This document shows positions 11,698 through 21,172 of a stretch of 64,000 bases of DNA, one piece after another (position 1 is the stretch's first letter; every line of letters starts with the position of its first letter). The translations under genes were made by a program, and so were the position numbers. The stretch is taken from contig CAWBAT010000003.1 in NCBI GenBank assembly GCA_963786955.1, forward strand, positions 256,001 through 320,000. Reading direction: 5' to 3'. Source of the DNA: an uncultured Acidimicrobiia bacterium. Its GTDB lineage: Bacteria > Acidobacteriota > Terriglobia > Versatilivoradales > Versatilivoraceae. The notes below the pieces were generated by a model. It did not search any database, was not told the DNA's origin, and was given only the letters and a program-made list of their open reading frames with translations.

Positions 11698-13457
11698 GTG
11701 GAAGTGAATCGTTTCTTAGTTCAATGTTTACTGCTTGTTACAGGGCTGACGGTGGCTTCATTGTCGCAGCAGCAGAAAGCGGGCAGTTCTATAGTCCCTT
11801 TGCCCATATTTAAGGATGTGACAAAGGAAGCTGGTGTGGATTACCGGATCACCTGTGGAGACGAGGTAACGGAATTCCTAATCGATGTGAATGGGGAGGG
11901 GGCTGCTTTCTTTGACTACGACAACGACGGGGATCAGGATATTTATTTGGTCAACGGTTCTTCCCGCAAATCACAAAAATCTGGCAAGCTTCCTCACGAT
12001 TACCTCCTGAGGAACAACGGAGACGGAACTTTCACCGACGTCACCGAGCAGGCGAAGTTGGGAGACACGGAATGGGGGGGGGAGTTGCCGTTGGTGACTA
12101 TAACAATGATGGGTTCTTGGACCTTTATGTCACGAATTATGGCCCAAACAAACTGTATCGAAACAATGGGGATGGGACATTTACCGAAGTCGGGGAGAGA
12201 GCAGGTGTCGCCGATCCCCATTGGGACATCCCCAAATGGAGCATGGGAGCTGCATTTGGGGATGTCGACAATGACGGTTACGTCGATCTTATTGTCGCCA
12301 ATTTTAGCGATTTCAACTACCAGCCGTTTGGGCCGGCGCCCAGCGAATCTAACCCTTGCAAAATGAAAGGTGTCCCAATTGCCTGTGAACCAGATCGATA
12401 CTTAGGCCAGCAACACCTCTTTTACCATAACAATGGAGATGGGACTTTCACGGATCTCACAAAAGAGGCGGGGCTCCTTCGAAAGAATCCCGGACACGGA
12501 TTTGCCGTTGTTTTGACGGACTTTGACAATGACGGTGACTTAGATCTCTATGTGGCCAACGATGCAGGCCCGAATTTCTATTATGTTAATGATGGCAAAG
12601 GCCACTTCAAAGACTTCAGCGTCTTGTCGGGGACTTCTGTCGATGAGTTTGGTAACTCTCAAGGCTCGATGGGTCTGACAGTAGGTGATTTCAATAATGA
12701 CGGGCTGCAGGATATCTTCATTACTAATTTCATTGACCAGAGAAGAACACTCTATATGAATCAAGGGAATAACCTTTTTTTTGACCAGACCTCGAACTTT
12801 GACATTGGGATGATAGGCTTTCACTACAGTGGGTGGGGAACAAAGTTTTTCGACTTTGACAATGATGGCTGGCTTGATCTTTTCTTTACTAACGGGCATA
12901 CGATGGAGCAGTTGGAACTCGTCTACCCGAACGATCCATTTGCGCAGCCTAGTTATTTGTTGCACAACCTTAAGGGTAAGAAGTATGAGGATGTCTCAAT
13001 AGCCACTGGATTTCGGACGATCCGGGACAAGGCGAGTCGGGGCACAGCCTTTGGTGACTATGACAACGACGGCGACATTGACTTGCTAATTATCAATAAG
13101 AACGATACCCCGTATCTTCTCCGGAACGACGGAGGAAATTTGCAGCATTGGATCAACATCCGTACCGAAGGAGTTTGGAGCAACAGGGCGGGATTAGGGG
13201 CAAAGGTTAAAGTTGCAGGGGGAGGCATCACCCGTCACTTTGAGGTTCGTGGGAGTGATAGTTACTTGTCAAGTAACGATCTCAGGGTTCATGTCGGCAT
13301 GGGGAATCTCGAGGTAGGCGATATCGAAATCCGCTGGCCGAGTGGCCGGGTGGACAAACAGTCCGATGTCAAGCTGAACCAGTATTACCTTGCCCGCGAA
13401 GGAGAGTCATTGGTACCGGATCCACGAATGTCAAAATCTAAGATTTCGAAGAAGTAA
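11698..13457 (+). CDS. CRTAC1/ASPIC-UnbV family protein with FG-GAP repeats (frameshift in the poly-G at ~12075)
   Basis: Signal peptide, repeated DYDNDGDxD motifs, and C-terminal SYLSSND..VHVG..IRWPSG. Confidence 0.9.
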
Positions 13458-13575
13458 GCAGATTTTTCAATCATTGCATTATTCTTGGTTAGTCTTTGTC
13501 GCGAGGGAATGTTTTCATGTCAGATATGTCTTTTCGCAACTGTCATTTTATGGTTGTTTAGATTGTTGTCGGCCG

Positions 13576-14805
13576 ATGCTCCCACGCGTCTCCTTTAGCT
13601 GTGCTCTTCTACTTGGCCTTTTCTTGATCCAGCTGAGTTTTGCAAACATGCAAGCTCAGACATCTCAGCGTAAGACTCAGGCTGATCCCGAGGCCCAGGT
13701 TCAAGAATACTTTCAAGCTGCTAAGCAAGCCGAGAAGCGCGGAGACCTTGAATCAGCTGTTTCCAACTACCGCGCCATAATTAAGCTTCTGCCGGATGTA
13801 GGGGAAGTGTATCACAACCTGGGATTGGTCTATTACCTTCAGAAGAAAGATCAGGAAGCGATCGAGGCTTTTCAAGTTGCTCTCAAACTCAAACCGGATT
13901 TGCCCGGGTCAAGTCTATTTCTAGGAATGGCATATCTCCGCAGCAGTCAATATGAGAAAGCAATAGAGCCACTCAAGAAAGCGCTCTCTCAAAATGCCAA
14001 AGAAAACCGGGCCTATTTAAATCTAGGGCTCTGCTACATGGAAACAGGGCGAGCGGAAGAAGCGATGCAAGTGCTCCAAAATGGGTTGAAACAGTTTCCT
14101 CAGGATATCGATATCCTCTACAACCTAGGGAAAGCCTATACCAAATTGATGACCAACACTTTCCGGAAGATGGCTGATATCAATCCAGATTCCTATCGAG
14201 TGCATCAGTTGCTGGCCGAGTCCTTTGAGGCGCGCAGAGATATTCCCAGAGCCATCGAGGAATATAAACAAGCCCTCGAACGTCAGCCGGAAGCTCCCGG
14301 ACTCAATTATGCCTTAGCCAATCTCTATTGGAAGGAAGGAAGCCTAGAGGAAGCCGAAAAGGGATTTAAGAAAGAATTGGAACTCAATCCGGAAGACTAT
14401 CTGGCGACTTGGAAACTAGGCAACATCTATTTGATCAAACGTGATACAGAACAAGCCCTCCCTTATTTGCTGAAAGCCATCCAACAAAAACCCAATCTGG
14501 GGCAAGCTCATCGGGACCTAGGAAGAGCTTATGCAAACAAGGGCGAATATGAAAAGGCAATTGAGCATTTCAAAATCGTCACTCAGCTTTCACCAGAGGA
14601 ATTCGTAGCCCATTACCGCATGGCCCTCATCTATAAGCAACTAGGTAAGAAAGAAGAATATGAAAATGAGATGGCTCTTTTTCAGAAGCTAAAAGCAGCC
14701 AGTGACGAACGCGAGAATGTCGCCAGAAGGGTAGAAAGAGGAGACATGCAGGAAGAAGCAGAAAGGTCTAAGAAGGACGTTGATATTGAACCCGAAGCGA
14801 AATAA
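13576..14805 (+). CDS. Secreted TPR protein
   Basis: Hydrophobic N-terminus followed by many NLG..Y...A TPR units. Confidence 0.88.
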   Translation: MLPRVSFSCALLLGLFLIQLSFANMQAQTSQRKTQADPEAQVQEYFQAAKQAEKRGDLESAVSNYRAIIKLLPDVGEVYHNLGLVYYLQKKDQEAIEAFQVALKLKPDLPGSSLFLGMAYLRSSQYEKAIEPLKKALSQNAKENRAYLNLGLCYMETGRAEEAMQVLQNGLKQFPQDIDILYNLGKAYTKLMTNTFRKMADINPDSYRVHQLLAESFEARRDIPRAIEEYKQALERQPEAPGLNYALANLYWKEGSLEEAEKGFKKELELNPEDYLATWKLGNIYLIKRDTEQALPYLLKAIQQKPNLGQAHRDLGRAYANKGEYEKAIEHFKIVTQLSPEEFVAHYRMALIYKQLGKKEEYENEMALFQKLKAASDERENVARRVERGDMQEEAERSKKDVDIEPEAK

Positions 14806-15051
14806 GACGCAAATTCACTCGCTATGAACGCCGGGAGGATGCTCACGTTCAGCGAACCGGCTGTTCTGAAACACAAGAAGACTATTAAACGCTAGACTCT
14901 CCACGCATAGGGCTCCCGACGGAGCTGGTCGTTGGTACAACCCTTTCCTGTGTCTCCGCGGCAATATGTGAGGCTTAATCCCCGTGTCCCCCGTGGTCTT
15001 AATCGCGGCAGCTGGGGAAGATAACCGCGTTCTCTGGGAAGCGCATTTAAC

Positions 15052-16977
15052 TTACTTCATTTCAGAGATCCGGAGCGTTTGGTTCTCTTGAAGACCCTGT
15101 GTGACGACCTGTTTGCGGCCCGAGGGCCAATCCACCTCGACACGATCGATTTGCTTTGTATCGCCCAGGCCGAAGTAAAGTGGGAGAGCGCTTTGCGAGA
15201 GGTAACCGGATTTGCCGTCATGGTATTTTGTATAGACGTGCCCTCCGGCTCGCACACGCACAGTAGCGCCCAGCCCATTCCGGTTTGATGTTTTCCCAAT
15301 GAGCACGATTTTGAGCCAATGAACCGGCTTGCGCTGTGCAAGATTGCTGATCAGCAGCTGGGGCGCTGAATTAAACTCATTGGTTACAATATCGAGATCG
15401 CCGTTATTATCGAGATCAAACATGACGGAGGAACGGCTTCCAAGCGTACCCAACATGGTTACATTGCCCGGTTGCCCCTCACAGATTTTCGTGCCACGCC
15501 GTTCACCAGCGCAATCCAGGACGAACCATGGCGTATGGGTCTCGCCACCTCGTCGCGGCTCGATTCCGAGCAGGAACTCGGCATCCAAAAACTTCTCCCC
15601 GCGGTTGTTCAAGAGCATTGAATTGATCCCGTATCGGAGAGGGAAATTCATGCTTGAAGAGATAAAAATGTCATTCCAGCCGTCGGCGTTAAGATCATCG
15701 ACACTCACCCCCCAGGGCCAATAGTTCTCCGCTCCGAGACGGTCCGAGATTTCCTCGAATTTTCCGTTTCCCAGGTTGTGGAAGAAGGCGTTGCCGAAGA
15801 TGAACGTGTCTCTGGCCGCACCGAGTTGTTCTTCTGGCTTGATGTGTTGCTGAGGGGTCTTCAGCTTTTCTTCCTTGGGTGTCCGGTCACCCATCATGTC
15901 GGAGTGCATGTCGGTTAGAAATAAATCCATCCGCCCGTCGTTGTCGTAGTCGAAGAATTTGATTCCCATAGTTCCAAAGGGGGTCTTCGGGAAGTACTTG
16001 TCAGTTTTATCGACGAATTTCTTTCCCCCTTCATTCTCAAAATAGTGATCATGCCCTTGCATGTTCAAGATGAATAAATCGGGCCAACCGTCTTCATTGA
16101 GATCGGTGAAGCTCGCATCTCCGGACCAACTCTCGGGGTGTAGGCCGACTTCCGCTGTCACGTCTTTGAATTGGTTGTGACCCATGTTCTTGTATAGGAT
16201 AGGATATTCGGAGCGATTGGGAAACATGTGCCCAAAAAATGCGTCCTCAAATCCAACGTAGCTGCCATCCGGCCACCGCTCATCACTCGTGTACTTCCCG
16301 ACATTACACAACAACAGGTCGACCAGCCCATTGTTGTCGTAGTCGAAGAAGACGGCTCCCGAGGAATGAGCGGCCAAGCCAACTCCGGCCTCCTTGGTGA
16401 TGTCCGTGAAGTGCCCGTGGCCGTCATTTTCAAAGAGCACATTCCCGCCGCGAACGCTCGTGACAAACAAATCCTGATCCCCATCATTGTCGATGTCCGC
16501 GAAAGACGCGGTGACGCCGATCCGGTCGGGCAACCCGACTCCTGCCTCCTTTGTGATGTTCTTGAACTTACCACCGCCCAAATTCAGCCAAAGCTCATTG
16601 CCTCCGACTTGGTTCACAAAGTAGATATCGTAAAGTCCGTCGCTGTCGACGTCTGCTACGGCAATGCCATTTCCATGGTCGTAATGCACGGGCTTGTGAT
16701 GCCTGCCTGCATCCTCGACGATATGGTGGACGAAAGTGATTCCACTTTCCTTAACCTTGTCGACTAGTTGGAACTGATAGAAGACTTTGAACTGGTTGAC
16801 AGTTTCTTGCTGAGCCTTTTTTCGCGCAGGAAGCGCTTCCACCCCGATATCCGGATCCGGTATTTGAATCGTTGGCAGGGACTGGCTCCCACCACCCCCT
16901 AGACTGATGCGCCCAGCAGCAAGTAGAAGCAGTGACAAGAGCACGATCAGAACTGGCCGATTCCAATGATTTGCCAT
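15052..16977 (-). CDS. CRTAC1/ASPIC-UnbV family protein (paralog A)
   Basis: FG-GAP DxDxDG repeats and SGYLSQS..LYFGLG..VDWPSG; 641 aa. Confidence 0.93.
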   Translation of the reverse strand: MANHWNRPVLIVLLSLLLLAAGRISLGGGGSQSLPTIQIPDPDIGVEALPARKKAQQETVNQFKVFYQFQLVDKVKESGITFVHHIVEDAGRHHKPVHYDHGNGIAVADVDSDGLYDIYFVNQVGGNELWLNLGGGKFKNITKEAGVGLPDRIGVTASFADIDNDGDQDLFVTSVRGGNVLFENDGHGHFTDITKEAGVGLAAHSSGAVFFDYDNNGLVDLLLCNVGKYTSDERWPDGSYVGFEDAFFGHMFPNRSEYPILYKNMGHNQFKDVTAEVGLHPESWSGDASFTDLNEDGWPDLFILNMQGHDHYFENEGGKKFVDKTDKYFPKTPFGTMGIKFFDYDNDGRMDLFLTDMHSDMMGDRTPKEEKLKTPQQHIKPEEQLGAARDTFIFGNAFFHNLGNGKFEEISDRLGAENYWPWGVSVDDLNADGWNDIFISSSMNFPLRYGINSMLLNNRGEKFLDAEFLLGIEPRRGGETHTPWFVLDCAGERRGTKICEGQPGNVTMLGTLGSRSSVMFDLDNNGDLDIVTNEFNSAPQLLISNLAQRKPVHWLKIVLIGKTSNRNGLGATVRVRAGGHVYTKYHDGKSGYLSQSALPLYFGLGDTKQIDRVEVDWPSGRKQVVTQGLQENQTLRISEMK

Positions 16978-17097
16978 CTTCTACCTCCTTAAATGGTCCC
17001 AGAGATTTGCGATGCACTGAAAACATGGTCAAAGATCATGAGGTGGGTTGCGGACAAACAACTTCAGTGCGGTGGGGGGACGTTTCTTCTCATGAAC

Positions 17098-19023
17098 TTA
17101 TTTTGGTTCGATGATCCGAAGTGCCTGGTTTTCCTGTAAACCTTGCGAGACGACCTGTTTGCGACCGGAGGGCCAGTCCACCTCGACACCATCGATTTGC
17201 TTTGTGTCGCCCAGGCCGAAGTAAAGTGGCAGAGCGCTTTGCGAGAGGTAACCAGACTTACCGTCATTGTATTTTGTATAGACGTTCCCTCCGGCTCGCA
17301 CACGTACGGTCGCGCCCAGTCCATTGTGGTTTGATTTTGTCCCAACGAGCTCGATTTTAAGCCAGCGGATCGGCTTACGCTGCGTTAGATTACTGATCAA
17401 CACCTGGGGCGCTGAATTAAACTCATTGGTTACAATATCGAGGTCCCCATCATTGTCGAGATCAAACATTACGGAGGAACGGCTTCCAAGCGTAGCCATC
17501 ACAGTGAATTGCCCTTTTTGTCCCTCGCAGACTTTGTTGCCTTGCCCGGCACGGGAGCAATCTACGTCGAACCAAGGCGTGTGGGTCTCACCGCCTCGTC
17601 GCGGCTCGATCCCGAGCAAAAACTCAGCATCTAAAAACCTCTCCCCGCGGTTGTTTAAAAGCATTGAATTGATCCCATAGCGGAATGGGAAATTCATACT
17701 GGAGGAGATAAAGATGTCATCCCAACCGTCGGCGTTAAGATCATCCACGCTCACCCCCCAGGGCCAATAATTCTCCAATCCAAGGCGGTCTGAGACCTCC
17801 TCAAATTTTCCGTCTCCCAGGTTGTGAAAGAAGGCATTACCAAAGATGAACGCGTCTCTTGCTGCGCCGAGGTGTTCTTGCGGCATAATCTCTTTCTCAG
17901 GTGTCTTCAATTTTTCTTCGCTGGGTGTCCGGTCACCCATCATGTCGGAGTGCATGTCGGTTAGGAACAAATCCATCCGCCCATCATTGTCATAGTCGAA
18001 AAATTTGATCCCCATGGTTCCAAAGGGGGTCTTGGGGAAATACTTCTCGGTTTTGTCAACGAACTTCTTCCCTGCTTCATTCTCAAAATAGTGATCATGA
18101 CCTTGCATATTCAAAATGAACAAATCGGGCCAACCGTCACCATTGACATCGGCAAAGCTCGCATCTCCGGACCAACTCTCGGGGTGTAGGCCTACTTCCA
18201 CCGTCACGTCTTTGAACCGGTTGCGGCCCAAGTTCTTGTAAAGGACAGGGTATTCGAAGCGAGTTGGTATCAAATGGCCGAAAAACGCGTTCTGCAGCCC
18301 CATATAGCTACCATCCGGCCAGCGACCATCACTCGTGTACTTCCCGACATTGCACAACAGCAGATCCACGAGCCCATCGTTGTCGTAGTCGAAGAAGACG
18401 GCTCCTGAGGAGTGAGAGGCTAAGCCAACTCCAGCCTCCTTGGTGATGTCCGTGAAGTGCCCGTGGCCGTCATTTTCAAATAGCACATTCCCACCGCGAA
18501 CGCTGGTGACAAACAGATCCTGATCCCCGTCATTATCGACGTCCGCGAAAGACGCGGTGACGCCGATCCGGTCGGGCAGCCCGACTCCCGCCTCCTTTGT
18601 GATGTTCTTGAACTTACCGCCGCCCAAATTCAGCCAAAGCTCATTGCCACCGACTTGGTTCACAAAGTAGATATCATAGAGCCCGTCACCGTCGACGTCT
18701 GCTATGGCGATGCCATTTCCATGATCGTAATGGACGGGTTTGGAGTGCCGACCAGCATCCTCGACGATGCGGTGGACGAAAGTAATTCCGCTTTCGGCAA
18801 TCTTGTCGACCAGTTGGAACTGGTAGAATACTTTGAACTGGTTCACCGTTTCCTTTTGCGCTTTTTGCCTTGCAGGTAGAGTGTCTACCCCAATATCTGG
18901 GTGCGGATACGGAATCTTTGGCAGGGACTGGCCCCCGGCACGGCCAAGACTGACTCGCACTGCTGCCAACAAAAGCAGACCCGAGAGCGCGATCAGAACG
19001 GGGCGGTTCCTGCAGTAGTTCAT
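17098..19023 (-). CDS. CRTAC1/ASPIC-UnbV family protein (paralog B, tandem duplicate)
   Basis: Same motifs and same length (641 aa from the ATG at 19023 after GGAGGA). Long blocks are identical to paralog A. Confidence 0.93.
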   Translation of the reverse strand: MNYCRNRPVLIALSGLLLLAAVRVSLGRAGGQSLPKIPYPHPDIGVDTLPARQKAQKETVNQFKVFYQFQLVDKIAESGITFVHRIVEDAGRHSKPVHYDHGNGIAIADVDGDGLYDIYFVNQVGGNELWLNLGGGKFKNITKEAGVGLPDRIGVTASFADVDNDGDQDLFVTSVRGGNVLFENDGHGHFTDITKEAGVGLASHSSGAVFFDYDNDGLVDLLLCNVGKYTSDGRWPDGSYMGLQNAFFGHLIPTRFEYPVLYKNLGRNRFKDVTVEVGLHPESWSGDASFADVNGDGWPDLFILNMQGHDHYFENEAGKKFVDKTEKYFPKTPFGTMGIKFFDYDNDGRMDLFLTDMHSDMMGDRTPSEEKLKTPEKEIMPQEHLGAARDAFIFGNAFFHNLGDGKFEEVSDRLGLENYWPWGVSVDDLNADGWDDIFISSSMNFPFRYGINSMLLNNRGERFLDAEFLLGIEPRRGGETHTPWFDVDCSRAGQGNKVCEGQKGQFTVMATLGSRSSVMFDLDNDGDLDIVTNEFNSAPQVLISNLTQRKPIRWLKIELVGTKSNHNGLGATVRVRAGGNVYTKYNDGKSGYLSQSALPLYFGLGDTKQIDGVEVDWPSGRKQVVSQGLQENQALRIIEPK

Positions 19024-19265
19024 GTTTTGTCTCCTCCGAAAGTCTCGGCCTCTTCTGTTAATTAATGGAAGCGCTGTCGACTTGTCTAAAAAGTCAGCGG
19101 GGTTGACCAGCGCTCGTGGAGGGTCACTTCTACACAGTGAAAAGATAGCATGTTCGTATCGGGCTTGCAATTTGCCGGCCCGATTAACAGGTTACCCCCA
19201 CCCATCAAAGGCAGGGGCTCGGCGAGGCCGCCGATTCTGATTCTGTGGTACACTCGGCGAAATTC

Positions 19266-20867
19266 CTACCTCTTTCGTTGCATCATCACCGACCACGCCA
19301 ACGGCCCTAGGTTTTGCGGCTGACTGGTTTCAAACCGGGTCTCCCCGATCCATTCAAAGTCGAATAAAGGAGAAAAATCGGCCCGAATTTCTTCCTCGGT
19401 GACTTGGGGAGGAGAATACCTCTGCGTTAATTCATTGGGATTTCCAGCCAAGAGCAAGAACTGCGTGCCAGTCAGGGATAATTTCCGAATCGTATCAACG
19501 TAGGCTTTTGCACCTTCGATTCGGACTTCATGGTAGCAACCCCGGTCAAAGATGAAATTGTAGGGTTCCAAATTTGGAATAGCTAGGACATCCGCCAGCA
19601 GCCAACGTACTTTGACCCCCGCTTTTTCAGCCTTTTGTTTCCCCTGGTTCAAGGCGGTTGGAGCAATGTCAATAGCGGTTACTTCGAATCCTTTACTGGC
19701 AAGATAAATGGCGTCCGTGCCCGAGCCGCAACCCAGATCAATCGCTCGGCCTGCCGGCACGATCCCTTGTTCAACAACTCTTTGCAGCTCCCCTGATGGT
19801 CGTCCTGCATCCCAATTGGGACGATTTCCCCCCCTGTAAGTGGCATCCCACGAGTCCAGCATTCTCATTCCCTTGGGCCCGTATGGCAACAATCCGGTGG
19901 GAAACGGTCTGCGATCAAGCAGAATATCGCCATTGTTTCTGGAAATGGCGATCTCTCCGGCGCCTTTCTTAATTGGGGGCAAGCTGAGTTCAAATACCTG
20001 CTTCCCGGTGGAGATGACCAGCTCCACCTGACCCTCACTCTCTGAAAACTTTGTATTGATCTGGGGAGACCGAGTGTCCGAATCGCCAACAAAGATCACA
20101 TTCAGAAATCGAGTTTTCCCAATGGCTTTTTCCTGATCAACTCGAAGGCCCGGGCCGTCGGACTTCTGTGTTCCACCGGAAATACCCATGACCTTTAGAT
20201 TGGCCTTCTCGGGTAAAAAGGTCTCACAAAGCAAAACCCCATCTTTTTCAGTAAATCGCGATCGATGGCCTGAAATTTCCGGAGGATTCTGGCTGTAAAA
20301 CAACCAAGAGTTATTCCCAGAAGGAAGCGGTCCGCTGATTTCATCGTCCACGACGATAATCGATGGTTTTAAGAAGATGATGCGACGCGATAACGTCGGA
20401 ACCGATTCGTTATTTACTCCCTTCCGTCCTGCCGTGTGCTGCGGGGACTGGTTCACGGCATAAACAAACAATCGCTGCTCTTCAAACGCAATCAGGTCTT
20501 TCGGGTTTAGATGGCTATCTTCAAAGGCGAACTGCTGAACCCGGTCGGGCATGTCCTGGATTTCTGGAATTGTAGCGGAGGCCTTTGCAAAGGCAAGAAC
20601 CTTTGCGGTGGATAGAGTCGGAATGAATGGCTGACTCACGCTGTGAGGTTGCCCAAGGATTAGCAACCCGAGGCTTGAAATCAAAATGATCAGGAGCAGC
20701 GGGTAACGAATCCTCCATCGTGCAGATTTTGATGGCCAACCTAAATTTTCAAATATTGTATGCTTGGATGGAAACAAGTGGATGGAAGACCTCAGTAATC
20801 TTAGGTTGTTTTCGCAGTATCGAAAAATGAAGAGTTCAAAACAGAACTGTCTAGAGATGCTCATCAA
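19266..20867 (-). CDS. Class I SAM-dependent methyltransferase (TPMT-like) fused to an N-terminal membrane-anchored beta-rich domain
   Basis: C-terminus: NWDAGRPS, IDLGCGSG, IDIAPTAL, FDRGCYH. The N-terminus has a hydrophobic segment and RRIIFLKPSIIVVDDEI (heparinase II/III-like by eye). Start is uncertain. Confidence 0.75.
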   Translation of the reverse strand: MMSISRQFCFELFIFRYCENNLRLLRSSIHLFPSKHTIFENLGWPSKSARWRIRYPLLLIILISSLGLLILGQPHSVSQPFIPTLSTAKVLAFAKASATIPEIQDMPDRVQQFAFEDSHLNPKDLIAFEEQRLFVYAVNQSPQHTAGRKGVNNESVPTLSRRIIFLKPSIIVVDDEISGPLPSGNNSWLFYSQNPPEISGHRSRFTEKDGVLLCETFLPEKANLKVMGISGGTQKSDGPGLRVDQEKAIGKTRFLNVIFVGDSDTRSPQINTKFSESEGQVELVISTGKQVFELSLPPIKKGAGEIAISRNNGDILLDRRPFPTGLLPYGPKGMRMLDSWDATYRGGNRPNWDAGRPSGELQRVVEQGIVPAGRAIDLGCGSGTDAIYLASKGFEVTAIDIAPTALNQGKQKAEKAGVKVRWLLADVLAIPNLEPYNFIFDRGCYHEVRIEGAKAYVDTIRKLSLTGTQFLLLAGNPNELTQRYSPPQVTEEEIRADFSPLFDFEWIGETRFETSQPQNLGPLAWSVMMQRKR

Positions 20868-21100
20868 GTTACGAACATAGCATTATATCAGGTTGCGTTC
20901 AATTTGCCTCCTGGGAGCTCGGGTATCCTCCCCGTAGTCGTCTCATTTATCATTGTCCATCGTTCATTTCTCATTTTCCATTTGTGTTCATCCGCGTTTA
21001 TCTGCGGCTATTCTACTTTTGCAAGTGAAAAGCCCCGTGTCCCCCGTGGTTGTCTTTCATGATTGGTGGCAGGATGCGAAGTCCCAGGCGGGGCTTTCGC

Positions 21101-21130
21101 TTGACAAGGATTTGATTTGCTCCGTAAAAT
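21101..21130 (+). promoter_or_regulatory. Candidate sigma70 promoter
   Basis: TTGACA-18 bp-TAAAAT upstream of the PSD1/DUF1501 pair. Confidence 0.45.
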
Positions 21131-21172
21131 TAATGTTTAAGCTGCACAGTAAGAAAAAGACGATCCACCCGG

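Noticed and set aside
12072-12083. Phase-variable poly-G tract or programmed frameshift
   Set aside because: Cannot be distinguished from the pervasive homopolymer errors in this sequence.
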